In this document: positions 41,364 to 55,690 of the stretch, piece by piece
How positions within the stretch are numbered: the stretch's first letter is position 1
Layout: each line of letters starts with the position of its first letter
Assembly (NCBI RefSeq): GCF_006345805.1
Contig: NC_042997.1
Location: forward strand, 58,590,001-58,654,000
Direction: 5' to 3'
Length of the DNA stretch: 64,000 nt
From: Octopus sinensis
Lineage: Eukaryota
Notes under the pieces: generated by a model
Seen by the model: only the letters and a program-made list of their open reading frames with translations
Told to the model about the DNA's origin: nothing
Database searches by the model: none
Made by a program: the position numbers and the translations under genes

Positions 41364-41696
41364 TTAAGAACATACAACCTGACAAACATACAAAGAAATA
41401 CCGCCCACCGAAGCTTCAAATGCATGAACAACCATAATTCTCTTCCCACGACCATAATTCTGCCTTCCTCTCCTTGTTTGTGTTATCTATCTTCCTTTTT
41501 GTCGTCGTTGTGCTTGTAAGGTAAGCTGTAAGTAGTCTATTCTCTAGATGAGATTGAGAGGTCTGAAAATGATGTCACTTCAATGGGCAAAGTTGCGCAC
41601 AAACTCCTACATACATACGTACATACATATATACGTACATACAAGCATACATACATACATGCATACATACATACATAAATGTACGTATGTATATAA

Positions 41697-41746
<50 letters not shown>

Positions 41747-41771
41747 TTGTGTGTGTGTGTATTTGTATGTG

Positions 41772-41821
<50 letters not shown>

Positions 41822-42318
41822 AAAGGGAAAGAAGGGAATAAAGAGAGCATCTTCCTTCATTGTCTCGAAGTAAATTTTGCTATCGTCGTGTATTTATAGA
41901 TCACTCCTAGATAAGTAAACAATGGTGGAAGATCTTGTGTCGTGATAATCTCCTCAATTGCATATCAGAAACCACATTTTTCAATATAGCCGTTATTTAA
42001 TAGTGTGATCTTGCGAGAATTTCTTCTGCGGGTTGAATTACTACTGAATTATTGTGGGTTTTAGTGAACTCCCACCACCATGATGATAAAAGTGATTGGT
42101 GTTTACAAAAAAGCTAAGATGCATCTGTCCAGTTATTATATAAGTACATAGATTTCGGTGAAAAGTGTAAAAATGTAGATAATCACAACAAACCCAGTTG
42201 TGTTTTGAACTATTGTTTTTGAAATTTGAAACAAATTCTTTTCTCCTACCACTTACTTTGAGTATTTTATTTGGGATACATTAGCAAAATATTCTTGTTT
42301 TTTTTTTTCGCATATATA

Positions 42319-44292
42319 CAGTGATACCTTGATGGGGCGGAGAGGAGGATTATTGTTTAGAAGGAGATTCTCATTCCATTAAGACTTCAGGAAGAACAAT
42401 TTCTGATGTTTTTCTCTCACTTCGCTTATTTTAGGCTTTTTGGACACATTTTCTTCACTTTTTATATTTGCAGGTCGTTTCATTAGAAACATATCAAGAG
42501 AAGTCTGCTGTTTCCTACTTCTCAAAATGCTACCAAAACGGACCAGAGCAATGTTATTAAATAAAACAGCCGTAGCTACTTTTGCAGGATGATATTTTTC
42601 TACAAATTCAGAAACATACTCTCACTTTGCCAGCACTCCTTTTATGTCACTCGTAGAGATAGCATTCTCCACTACGCTATCCTCCTCCGGGGAACCAATC
42701 TTTTCCATCGCATCCAAATGCTGCTGCTCCAAAAGTTGCAGGAATTCATCTGTCATCAGCTCCTCTGAGTGTTCCTCAACGAGATCGTTAATGTCCCCAT
42801 CATCAACCTCGATGCCCATGGACTCGTTAAGGTATGCTATCTCCTCGACTACGGGTGCCTCAAACTCAAACCCCTCGAAGTTGCTTTCAGATACGCAGTC
42901 AGGCCATAGTTTCTTCCATGCAGAATTCGGTGTTCTCCTCGTTACAACTTGCCAGGCCATATCGATGATTTTCAGGCAGTGCTCTTTTCAAAACTCGTGA
43001 GTGGTTAGATTTGTATTTTCAGTGACTTCAAAGCGTCGACGAAATAGGCTTCTGGTGTACAATTCTTAAAATCAGAAATCGCCTGTTGGTCCATGGGCTG
43101 CAAGACAGGTGTGGTGTTGCGTGAAAGGTACAGAACTTTTATAAATTTAAATTCGTCCAGGATATCATCTTCGAGGTTAGGAGCGTGAGGATAAGGAGGA
43201 CCTTGAGAGGAAGATCATTCTTCAGAAGGTACCTTTTCACTGCTGGTTCGAAGACAAGGTTGACTCACTCGGAGAAGAATTGCCTGGTGACCCAGACCTT
43301 AATGTTTGCCCTCCACATGAACTGCAGCTTCTCCTTCAGGATTTTGTGCAAATTGAACGCTCGTGGGTTTTCGGAAAGGTAGACAAGGAGCGGCTTAAGC
43401 TTCACGTCTCCTTTCGCATTGGCACCAAGGACGAGAGTTAGACTATCTTTCATAGGCTTGTGGCCTGCATTTTCTTCTCCACTGCAGTTATGTAGGTTTT
43501 TCTGGGCATTTTTTACCCAAAAAGGCCAGTTTCGTCACAGTTGAATACCTGTTGTGCGATGTACCCCGCATCTGCGATGAGCTGACGGAATTCACGCGTG
43601 AAATTTTCAGCTGACTTTGTGTCAAACCTCGCTGTTTCTCCATATCTGACGACGCTATGAACACCAGTCCTATTCTTAAAATTATCAGACCAGCCGCAAC
43701 TTGCCTTAAATACGTCAGCTGATGTCTCCTCCGTCGATGTTCCAGGGTTCTGCTTTAGCAGATCCCCATACAGCTTTCTAGCATATGATGGTTTCCGTAA
43801 TCGTATCTCTTGCGAGTTGCTTTTCGTTCATCCACAGGAGAAGCAATTTTTCCATTCTTTTCTGCTTCGGCCGTATTGACATGCTATGTCCACTACATGC
43901 ACTCCTTTCATATTTATCAATTATTTCCTTCTTCAATTCTATCGCAATCAACTTTTTCTTCTTCTCAGCACTATCCTTTGCACTAACTTTCTTAGGACCC
44001 ATGGCTAACACAATTAATTATTATACAGTGATAGCAAAAGATACACAAAACTAAACAAAAACACCGGGAAAAACACAAAAGGGATGCTGTCACGAGATAA
44101 AGACGTGAACTGAGCGAGCGAAGACAGCGCCTGTTGGGAGAGCGTGTGCTAGCTCAGCGTTGACTAGCGGTCGCTTGCATGAATCTCGTGCGTACTGCGG
44201 ATTTTCGGTTGTACATCAAAACAAAAATTCGCATGAGTCTCGGCTCGTACAGAAAATTACACGTGCAATGGGGCACCCGTACTGGGGTTCTA

Positions 44293-44295
<3 letters not shown>
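42319..44295 (-). mobile_element. Tigger/pogo DNA transposon with pseudogenised TIGD1-like transposase (ATG at 44002)
   Basis: MGPKKVS..IELKKEII, MEKLLLLW, FKASCGW..FK, QQVFNCDETGLF, KDSLTLVLGANAKGD, NTTPVLQPMDQQ; TA|CAGTAGAACCCC right end; left end TA|CAGTGATACC is less certain. Confidence 0.93.
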
Positions 44296-44336
<41 letters not shown>

Positions 44337-44413
44337 TATATAGCGATAGGATACATACATATATATATATATATTATATATATATATTATATATATATAT
44401 ATATATACATATA

Positions 44414-44572
44414 CCGTATTTGATGGCCTGTAAGACGCACCTTTTTTGTCCAAAAATGGCTTTAAAATCTCCCTGCGTCCAATGCACTCAATGTAGGCTC
44501 AAAACTCGCTCAAAATGGTATGTACGTTTACAAAACGTGTGCTGCCATCTATTGGTGAATAATCGCCTACGG
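44414..44572. mobile_element. Short pogo/Tc2-like MITE remnant
   Basis: TA|CCGTATTT..TAAGACGCAC start and TACGG|TA end. Confidence 0.5.
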
Positions 44573-44587
44573 TATGTTTATATCGAA

Positions 44588-44796
44588 TGTTTCCCGGTTT
44601 CAATGGCGTGTGTCTTCCCCAGCTGGACGGGACGCCAATCCATCGCAGCGTTACTCATTTTTGCCAGCTGAGTGGACTGGAGCAACGTTAATGAAGTGCT
44701 TTGCTCAAGAACACATCGCGTCGCCCGGTCCAGGAATCGAAACCACAATCTTACGATCATGATACTGACACCCTAACCACTAAGCCACGCGCTTCC
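44588..44796 (-). mobile_element. tRNA-derived SINE family C with CORE-like and V-like blocks
   Basis: TGGCTTAGTGG A-box, GGTTTCGATTCC B-box, GTGTTCTTGAGCAAAGCACTT, GCGATGGATTGGCGTCCCGTCCAG. Confidence 0.85.
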
Positions 44797-45423
44797 ATCC
44801 TCGTATGATATATAGCTATAACAATAGTATTGCTAAGATACATGATTACTGATGTTCTAGTTGCGACCATCACGCTCCTTCTATCAAAGACTACATTTTC
44901 CCATTGCGTCTTCTGTGTTAAGAATGCAAAATGTAATCTGAGATGCTAGGTCGACACAAAGCACAGAGGTTCCCACGTTGACACGTTTACACGTGCATAT
45001 TTTGAACACATAGAGGTAGTGTTGGTGGTAGTGGTGGAATGGGACACTGAGTTAGATTGGCAGCCCTAGTTTAGGGGCAACTTGATAGGTGGCAAACTGT
45101 GCGAAGAATACAGATTCAAACACTACAATTCTATGCGAAACATTTAAATGGCAACAGTTTCGTAAAATTATATCTCTTAACAGGATGTCTAAAATGTCTG
45201 AAAGAGTACTGAAACATGTCTGGAATGAGACTTGAATCTATCCTTTGGCAATGTTTTTTTATTTTTTTACTGAGCTGCAGTATACGACTTGTTTGATAAT
45301 TAACATATCTCATAAACAAGACCATATAGATGCAAAGATGAATGCATACATACATATATGTTCACACATATATGTAACCATTTCTCTCTTTCTTTCTCTC
45401 TCTCTCTCTCTCTTTATATATAT

Positions 45424-45454
<31 letters not shown>

Positions 45455-45457
<3 letters not shown>

Positions 45458-46014
45458 TATGAACAATAAGTTTCTGGACTGTTGCCATAGTAACGAAGTT
45501 AAAGTACACTTAGTGAAGCACAGATTGACCTTGAACTCTGCTGTATATGTGCACTAAATTTTAACGCACTAGCTCACTTCTGTTATTTACAGTAGTGCTT
45601 GGAAGTAACGTGTGTAACGTGTGATCGTCACATTGACCATGACGGAAAAAAATTGAGAAGAGAATCTGGATCAAAATTTTACCAAATCTTGGAGATACCT
45701 GCTCAGAGGCCTCTACAAAGTTTTCTAAAGGTTTTCATCGATCTCAACACAATCAAAGAGATCTTGTGCAACAAAAACCCGATTGTCTTTTTCCTCAGCT
45801 GAAAGCAGTTTTGGCACAAACCTGGCAGACATGCGTTTCATACCCAATTCTTCATTAATAATGGACTGAGCTGGACCGTAACTCACCTGCATATCCACTG
45901 ATAGCTCACAGGTGGTGATTTGACGACTTCCCCTCACAGCTGCACGCACATCTGCGATGTTTTTTTTTCAGTTCTGCTGGTTGCGGGTCTTCCAGAACGT
46001 TTGTCACTGTCGAC
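45455..46014. mobile_element. Rearranged mariner fragment (5' end on +, next segment on -)
   Basis: Plus strand MTEK/IEKRIWIK..LGDTCSEA with frameshifts; minus strand DSDKRSGRP..RQITTCELS..MSARFVPKLLS. Confidence 0.85.
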
Positions 46015-46051
46015 ATATATAGTATATATATATATATATATTATATATATA

Positions 46052-46090
<39 letters not shown>

Positions 46091-46199
46091 GCGATTATCT
46101 CCCTTACACCGGAAGAAATCACTCACTACTTTCCCTTATTTAGAACTCTCCGTAGCAAAAATACAAGGATTACGTTATTAAAAATAAACATTAAGTCAC

Positions 46200-46238
46200 A
46201 AGAAATTTGAAGAGCTAACTGCGAAACCGGTATTTCTT
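46200..46238 (+). ncRNA. Degenerate minimal hammerhead
   Basis: AAGAAA-U-UUGAAGA-GC(UAACU)GC-GAAA-CCGG-UA-UUUCUU. Confidence 0.5.
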
Positions 46239-46379
46239 TAAAAATTATAAAATTATGTCATTTTAAGGAAAGGAAAAAATTTTTCCAATATTCTCCAGAC
46301 ATTTTGACGCAAATATATATATTTTTTAACATTTAAGCCTTCTGTCGTTTTTTCACTCTTTACTATTTTCTTATATATA

Positions 46380-46450
<71 letters not shown>

Positions 46451-46749
46451 ATATTAAATCTCTGAGTCAGATGTAAACATTAGCAATACGGAATCATAAC
46501 ATATAATTGCGAATCAAATGTGGCGTCCTATACGGGACAATGCTACTGACGTTTATAGCTCCAGGAACACATCTCTTCCAGCTGGCTAACGATACACATT
46601 CTGTGCCGATTAGTATTTGTGAGAGGAAGTCATCGCTCCCATCCCTAGCCTTACGTCATACACCCGGACCCGGGTACTATATTCTTTTTCCAGCGACGAA
46701 CCGTCTCTCTCTCTCTCTCTCTTTATATATATAATATATATATATATAT

Positions 46750-46792
<43 letters not shown>

Positions 46793-47025
46793 CACATATC
46801 CTTCAATTTTTTTTATTCTTTTACATATTCTAGTCATTTGACGGCCAAACTGGAGCACCACCGTCAAGGGTTTTATTCGAAGAAATCGACGCATGTACAT
46901 ATATAGACACACAAGAGTATGTGAAAAAAATCAAATTAAATAACGCTCGTACGTACGCACGCACGTATGTATGTATGTGTGTATGTATGTATGTATGTAT
47001 GTATGTATGTATGCATGTATGTATG

Positions 47026-47057
<32 letters not shown>

Positions 47058-48483
47058 TGTATGTATGTATGCATGCACGTATGTATGTATGTGTATGTAT
47101 GTATGTATGTATGTATGTATTTATGTATGTATGTATGTATGTATGTATATGTATGTATGTATGTATGTATCCATTTAAAAATATCACATTTCGAAGTCTT
47201 ATACCCGAAGGCCATTCTCAGACGAAGATACTTGACAGAAAATAGAACTCAGGTACATTCAAATGATGCAACGTTGTATCATTCAATACTACAATACTGG
47301 TTGCTACGGTCTTGATTGTGATTATAGCAACAAGATAAAGAGATGTAAAAGAACAACAAAAATAAGAGCAAGAAATGAATAAGAAAGAATAGAGAAATGA
47401 CATACAATGAAAAAATCGTATTTCGATGTATTTCAGAAAAGGAGGGGTAAAGGAATCTAGCTAGAAACAGTACTTTGTATGTAATATGTATAAGATGTAG
47501 CTTGTATGTAAAATGTCAGGGTTTTTCAATAGATACTTAAGCTCTTTCGAGATTTGGACAACCCGCATTAAAGGACGATTTGTTTGTCTTTTAGCATTTA
47601 CGCTATTCTCCAAGAATTTCTGCAAAACTGATAAATACATTGATTTCTTCTCGATGTTTTTGTTTTTAATGCTCCAGGCTATAGATGTATATATTTGGAG
47701 GAGAGATAACTATCTTTTGCTATGTTAATGCGTTTCTGAGACGAATTAACCATGTAAATGTTGTAGTAAATGACTTGAAAAAACAATACCAGCTAAAATT
47801 GGGGAGAATAATATGAAGAGAGATGTTATTTCCTACGTAGGATGTTGTGCATTGTATCTTACATGTATTTTAGCAGACTTAGATGACTTCACAATGAATT
47901 AAAATTGGTTGTGGAGGAAGGTCAAAGTGTCAGACGATATTCCGTTACGGCCCTTCACGTTTCTGAGTTGAAACCAACCACAACTCAACTTTGGCATTAT
48001 ATTTCCAAATTCTATCAAATAAAGTACCAGTCATATACTGGTAAAATATTATTGAAGGTTCCCTTCCAACAAATATATAGCTGTGTGCCAGTTTTCGAAA
48101 AACAAAATATAAGTACACATCCACACACGCACACGCACGCACACACACACACAAACACACACACACACTCACACACACACGACAGAGGTAAATAGACACA
48201 CTTATAATCATTAAAATTTATTTAAATATGAAATTATACACTCAAATTATTTATTAATTATTATTATGTGAATATCTAATATTTAGTAGGCATGTCCACA
48301 TTCAGATTAACCCACAATACGGCCTCCTTGAAATTTGGACAGTTTCAAGGCTTCTTTTGTACATGGCATGATTAAACAGTCACATATAGAACCTGAAACA
48401 TAAAAATGTCCATCAATAAAAAAAGTATAAACCTTTTCAAGCTAAAATAAACATAAAACAATGTTTTATGCAGTGTCTATCTA

Positions 48484-48647
<164 letters not shown>

Positions 48648-48894
48648 TATAATTTAGGTTATCTAGAGATACCTCCACGCTGGGAATAGCAGCCAAAACT
48701 TGATTCTGAAACCACATTAAATGTTCATACAGCACCAGGAGGGAAGACAAAAGGACAAGCTGAACTAGCAAAAAAATTACTGGATAATTCCAGATCCCGG
48801 ATTTCTGACTTTGCATAAGAAATGCTTTGCCTCATCAGTGGAATATATACAGATAGTAACATAAATACACACACACACACACAACACACACACA

Positions 48895-48927
<33 letters not shown>

Positions 48928-51004
48928 GTATATATATATATATATATATAACATACGAATACTTACATATACGAACGTATACGTACATATATATGCACGT
49001 ATGCACACGTGCATATATATGCCCGCCTATAACTCCTCGTGCGATATGGTCAAAATATCAACCGCAGTAAATATAATGACGAAATAAATAAAAATTAATA
49101 TAAATAAGGATAAGATCGTTAATTCAATTATCGATATTATCACACGAGTGCAGGCAAGAAGATTATTACTGTTTTCAATACCAATGAGATAGTATTACGT
49201 CTGATTATAACATCTAATACTTATATCTAATTATTCGAATTTGACATTCCCGAACACAAGTCTGAATTCGAAGTACAATATATTATTTTCAAAGCAGTAC
49301 AGTTGTTCATCCATATGTATATCGGTATTTTGATTTGGGAATATACATTCATCTCTAAATTGCACAAATGATTTCTTGGCCTCACTGCACTCTATTTTAT
49401 AAATAGTAGCAATATCTCAAATATATTTATAAATAATATCGTTAATGCAACGAACCATAAACGTGCAAGATTGAATAATCTAACGCCCTGTCAAATATAT
49501 AGCTACCCAGAAAATTTGTATTGTTAGTGAGAGAACGTTTTGTATTTAGGCCATTTTCGTGCCAAGGTACCAAGCTTGTAGAGAGAACGAAAGGTCTAAT
49601 TCCGTGAAAAGTGTAAACGAACAGTCTCTATTTGCTTTTGTGTCCCGTAGAGAGATTCGATTTGACATGTGCACAAAAATCTCAATCCATTTCGGACCCG
49701 ATTAATAATGATATTCATGCTGAACTTTGCTAGACACTCTGTTGAATGGAGACTAGTATACCTGGTACCTATTTTATAAGTCACGGAGAATTTAATAAGT
49801 ATTGCTAATTCTGCATCATTTGAATCTCGAGCATTAATGGCTACATGTTGCTACCTTTTTTTTAGGGAGAAATTAACGAGGATGTTGAAGGAAGCATCTC
49901 AAACTATAGTATTTGTAGACTTCCAAGTACTTCCAAATAGCTGTGATTGATGCCACTAACTTTCCACTTAAACTGTTCTATAATGGGGACTACAAGCACA
50001 ACGTGCAAGGACAGTTCTCCAGAACACCAACCTCTAGAGAATACAGAGTGGATACATTAGTGAGTTGTGGGGCCTGGGATGATATAATATGAATTAACGA
50101 GAGGAGAGGAGTCGACTTATTCAGTTTCCATCAACACACGTCATGATCGTGCGAACTTACACAAAGCTTCCTATCCGAGAATGGAGAGCCATATGGAGCC
50201 CATTGGTGGGTAACATAGCTATTCATTAAAAGGACCCGATAGAATAAGTACCAGGCTTAAAGAAAATAAGTACTGCGGTCGATTCATTCGACTAAAAACT
50301 TCTCCAAGGCGGTGCCCCAGCATGGCCGCAGTATAATGGCTGAAACAATTAAAAGATAAAAGAATTGTATAAAAGAACTGTTAAAATATTTTTTGCATTG
50401 TGGGGTTATATCCAGTTTATTGCACATAAATTTTAACAAAAATATCTTATATTGACCCTTAAGGGCCATATGTCCTCCCTCCTCGTCGAGAACCACTGAT
50501 TTGATTGTTTAACCACATGTCAGCAGACCTAGGTTCAAAAACTTTCAAGCCATGTTCACCTCACTTATTTTTTCAAGAGTATTACATTCCAAATCTAAAT
50601 TATTTCAGTGACATATTTATAGATGGAATCAAATTTGCTATTATTTCTAAAAAACTGAACGACCACATAGGAGCTCATACGCAGGGATACAGTGTTTAAA
50701 ACATTCAATGTTTTCTGCAAACGGAAAAAAAATACAGCAAAAGACAAAGAAATAGTTAAGCATTACACTTTTCGACATCTCTTAAATAACTCTCTACCTC
50801 CATAATCTCTCTCTCCTTCTTTTCCATATATCTCAATGGTGGTTTGATATTTAACAATGTGGAAGTAAGTGATGTTACTGGGACATTCAAGTGACATTTA
50901 TGCCTGAAAGAAAAGGAGCTATATGAGTAGTCAGTCACTGACTATGATGGTCGTCAAGAGGTACAATAAAACATAGAAATGGCACATCCAAACAAGATCA
51001 GCAC

Positions 51005-51186
<182 letters not shown>

Positions 51187-51428
51187 ATCTATTTATTTAT
51201 CTATCTATCTATCTATTTATCTAACTATCTGGCTAGCTAGCTAACTATCTATCTATCTATTCATATACATTTGTATGTACTTATGCTTTATACATATGTA
51301 TATGTGTATATATAGTATGTATGCATGCATGTATGTATATACATATACATACATACATATATATATATATATTCTTGGAAATGGCTGCATGGCGTTTAAT
51401 TAAATAATAGATAGTAAATAATATATAG

Positions 51429-51503
<75 letters not shown>

Positions 51504-51953
51504 GTGAGTACGGGGTACGGGACGTCACCAACGGTGCAAACAACAACAACATGAAATACGTAAACAACGAGAAAAAATGGAAAACAGGACAAGTAAACAC
51601 AGAGAAAGGACCCTTCATCAGTTGCCGGCTGTCTATCTACTCCCCATTTCGAGCATTCAGCGACAATATGAGTTTTCAAAGACAGTTGCTCCTATAAATT
51701 CTAAAATAAAATTTAGCATTTATGGAGGGTTCAAAAACATGACAGTTAAAACATACAAGGAAACTGAACGAAAACAAACATGGAGAGACGTTAGACCAGA
51801 ACGAGAGGAAAATAGTAAAGTCAATAAGTTTCTAAAAACGAGGCACAAATGATCTTGTTCATCGATGGCAGAGGTGCATAGATGTTCACGGCTAATACTT
51901 TGACTAATCAAAACATTTCTATTGTTAATTTTTCCAGAATAAAATTATGTTTC

Positions 51954-52118
51954 TGTTGTGTGGACGCCCCCAGATGATGAAGACCAAAATGTAGATATAG
52001 AGGGAGAAGTCTAGACGTCGTCAGAGAACAGTTGAGTAGCGGTCAGAGTTGAGTGGAGTCGAGTAGACTATAGTCGAAAGCAGAGTTGAGAGAAGGCATC
52101 CGAACGTGCGACATAACA
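51954..52118. mobile_element. 165-bp solo LTR
   Basis: TGTTGTGT...ACATAACA inverted ends; perfect 5-bp TSD GTTTC at 51949-51953 and 52119-52123. Confidence 0.75.
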
Positions 52119-52204
52119 GTTTCTGAAATTGGCCATCATTTTTAGGACAACCTAATAGAAAAACATAAAACTGGAGAAGCACACTCTAAGATGTAGAGCA
52201 GTTA

Positions 52205-52465
52205 ATATTATAATGGGAGAGGCCGGTTTATGGGATTACCCTGGGTCTCCCGTCCACAAGGGGCTTAGCCTTACGGCGTATCGCCAAACCCCAAACCTGT
52301 TGGCTTAAGACCTCTTCAAAATATGAAGAGGTAAATAACATTTCCCCTTGTATATATTGAAGATGTCTTAGGCCAACAGGTTAGAGGTCTGAGACGATAC
52401 CCCAAGCCCCTTGTGGACGGGAAACCCAGGGTAACCCCATAAACCGGACTGCCTCATTATAATAT
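52205..52465. repeat. ~260-bp GC-rich palindromic fold-back element
   Basis: Arms pair end to end around about 52338, e.g. CCCTGGGTCTCCCGTCCACAAGGGGCTT / AAGCCCCTTGTGGACGGGAAACCCAGGG. Confidence 0.9.
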
Positions 52466-52482
52466 ATATATATATAAATATT

Positions 52483-52559
<77 letters not shown>

Positions 52560-52636
52560 ATATACATGTATATATATGTATGTATATATATATATGTGTG
52601 TGTGTATATATATATGTGTGTATATATATATATATG

Positions 52637-52686
<50 letters not shown>

Positions 52687-52696
52687 TATATATATA

Positions 52697-53259
52697 TTGG
52701 GTTGGCAACTAAGTTCCCGCCGTCTTTTTAAATTTTGAAATCTATTTTGTTTTTTCTAGTTAATTTTTTCAAGTTAATTGTTTATTTTCAGATCATTAAA
52801 TTGGAATGTGGAGTTAAGAAATACGAGCATTTTTGACATCTCCTTTTTGATTTTAATCAAGGTTCTAAGGCCACAAAAGCTGCTCGCGACATTTGTGCTG
52901 TGTATGGAGAAGGTGCCATAGCTGAAAGAACCGCTTGTGATCGGTAAACCAAGTTCAAAAATGGAAATTTTGACCTCAAAGACGCACCTAGTTCTGGCCG
53001 TCCATTTGAGTTCGATGAAGAGTGATTAAACCAACTTTTACACGAAAATTCTCGTCAAACGACAAGAGAACTGGCAGAGGAAATGGAATGCTCCCATACT
53101 GCTATAGAGAAGCATTTTCACTCGATAGGAAAGGTTCAGAAGTATGGGGCATGGGTTCTGCATGCTTTAAGTGACAACAAATATCAACGCGCCACAATCT
53201 CCGCTAGTTTGCTTGCTCGTCATTTTAGCAAAACGGCGGGAACTTAGTTGCCAACCCAA
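52697..53259 (+). mobile_element. Internally deleted mariner, mellifera-subfamily-like
   Basis: Perfect TIRs TTGGGTTGGCAACTAAGTTCCCGCCGT, TA flanks; AARDICAVYGEGAI..KFKNGNFDLKDAPSSGRP..RQTTRELA..GAWVLHAL with stops. Confidence 0.93.
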
Positions 53260-53295
<36 letters not shown>

Positions 53296-53324
53296 TGTAT
53301 GTATGTACGTATGTATGTATGTGT

Positions 53325-53394
<70 letters not shown>

Positions 53395-53940
53395 CATATG
53401 CATGTATATGCACATACAAATTTACACATTACTCTGTTTTAACGACTATAGCTGCTGGCATAGTTTCCAAGGATAATGGCTGAAATGTCAATTCAACATA
53501 AAGCTAGCAAAAACAGATTACTTTGCTGACTTATAAATGGCGTATGTCTCTTCATAGTCTGCTATATAGATTATAATAACTCTAAATCAAGAAATTCCTT
53601 TCCGTAGATAAATATAATATAAGCACTGAATATCAGCAAACTACGGATTGTACAATGAAAGTCTATGCCATCAAGAATTATGAGAACTCCTTCTAGCTGA
53701 AGTGTATGTTTGGCTGCCTGCAAGTCGATTGACAGCGCAAAAATTTCAATGGAAATTATGTAAAACTAGACGAAGTTAAAAGCCAAAACTTCAATTTTAT
53801 TCTTATAACTTGAAAATCAGCCGTTAAAGAGGATGAAGATTAACAACGAAAGAGAAATAATTGATGAAATATATCTGGTTTTCTATAAGAAAACGTTACT
53901 TCACCTGTACTAAAGAAGGGTTGAGTATCTTCTCTCGTCT

Positions 53941-54272
53941 CAGGGGTTGTTAACAATTTTTTTGTCTGTGGACTCTTTGATTACTATTTTATTCTGGTGG
54001 AGCCCCTTAACCATTCAATGTTTTAAAAATTAGTTTTATAGAAGTTTCTTAGAAAATTTCTATTTTGTTTTTCACACGTTAACTTGTGTAAGCTGTACTA
54101 AGTAAAACGTTAAAGAAAGAAACCTCGCTGTTTCTTCCAATATATACCAATACATTTATGTAAAGCAAATTTTTCTTCGGAGGCCCTTAAAATACAAATG
54201 TGGATCACCAATTTACTATTTTGTTTCGTGGGCCCCAAACCATCTTATTTGGACCCTGGTTGAAAACCACTG
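53941..54272. mobile_element. hAT-like MITE, decayed
   Basis: CAGGGGTTGTTAAC / GGTTGAAAACCACTG ends similar to the 15134 element; TSD not preserved. Confidence 0.6.
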
Positions 54273-54284
54273 GTCTATCTTTTA

Positions 54285-54625
54285 GACTGCAGCCACGCTG
54301 AAACGTACTTTGCAGAGTTTAGTTGTACAAATCGAACCCAGTTTCTTATATTGTTCTCTCGGTTTCTTTTGCCGGACCGCTAGATAACGGTGATGTAAAT
54401 AAACCAACATAGGTACCCAAGGGGTGGTAGGGACAAACAAAAATAGAAAGACATACATACAAACACATATATGACGGAATTCCATATAGTTTCCGTCTAC
54501 CAAATTTATTTACAAGGTCGACCAAGGGTTATAGTAGTAGAAGATTCTTGCCCAAGATGTTGTGCAGTAAGACTGTACACAAAACCAAGTGGTTACAAGG
54601 CGAGCAACGTAACTGCACAACTATA
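54285..54625 (-). mobile_element. SINE family B, decayed
   Basis: TTTGCCGGACCGCTAG..GTTTCCGTCTACCAAAT..TAGTAGAAGATTCTTGCCCAAG. Confidence 0.7.
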
Positions 54626-55492
54626 CCTGTACCAATTTCGAAAAGTAATGCAACTATTTGTTAGTAACGTACAAAATTACAAACTATGATTATTAAGACA
54701 TGCCTAACTCTTAAGACCGAATGCTGTTATGTTTATACTTCGAACAACAAAACAAAAAGAGTACCCCGCCCCAACACACAACACACAGAGGAAGTGAAAG
54801 GAGGGGAAAGCAATTAAATCTAGAGGTTTACTGAGTTGAATCCCAGGATCTCAAGTTAAAGGGAAAATCTTGAAGCATTTGTCGTATTTTATTGGATATT
54901 AATTAAAATTATTATTTTTATCTACCCAAGTTTCACTCATTTGCTCGAAAGACAATCACAACTAAATTTGATGTTATAATGCATTATAACCCAGGCCCGT
55001 TAAATATTCGTAAGAATGTATTTTTTGCTTTTTATACTTTTAACAAGAGTCAATAAAATAAATATGCGGGATTGAATAAATTATATAATATAAACATTTT
55101 TCTTTCAAATAAAGCACATTGCAACAACGGCAGAAAACATACAGATGAAAACAACATGGAAATATTCAGACTTCTGATAGAAGCTAACAATAGAAACTAA
55201 CAATGCCATTTCTCTGTCAAGAGATAATTCTTAATAATCGCCAAAATGAAGTAATTAGGTGTTTGTCTGAATATGATGGCGTTCTGCCGTTAGATACACT
55301 TATATTCTATAGCATTGATAACTTAATCGGGTAATTAATCGTCACCTTTGCAAACGATGTTTTTGGTAATAATATTCATAAAAAAATTCCCATGTTATTT
55401 TGAAATAATTGCTAGTTGTGTTACATTATCAACTAAATCCTTTGGCAGTTCTCTTAATTATAAACCATTTTGAATTCCACCCCCTTGTGTAT

Positions 55493-55548
<56 letters not shown>

Positions 55549-55636
55549 AATAATATATATATATATTATAATATATTATATATATATACACACAAATATA
55601 AACACATATAAATGTACACATATGTATATACATGTA

Positions 55637-55690
<54 letters not shown>

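Noticed and set aside
44538-44558. CTCF-like motif CACCAATAGATGGCAGCAC
   Set aside because: Single short motif inside a MITE remnant; no independent support.
48660-48700. CCACGCTGG.AATAGCAGCCAAAACT shared with about 55865 and partly 59995
   Set aside because: Real short similarity, but element boundaries and class could not be defined.
51605-51660. Minus-strand GCUCGAAA...CUGAUGA as a type II hammerhead
   Set aside because: Stems II and III cannot be paired convincingly.
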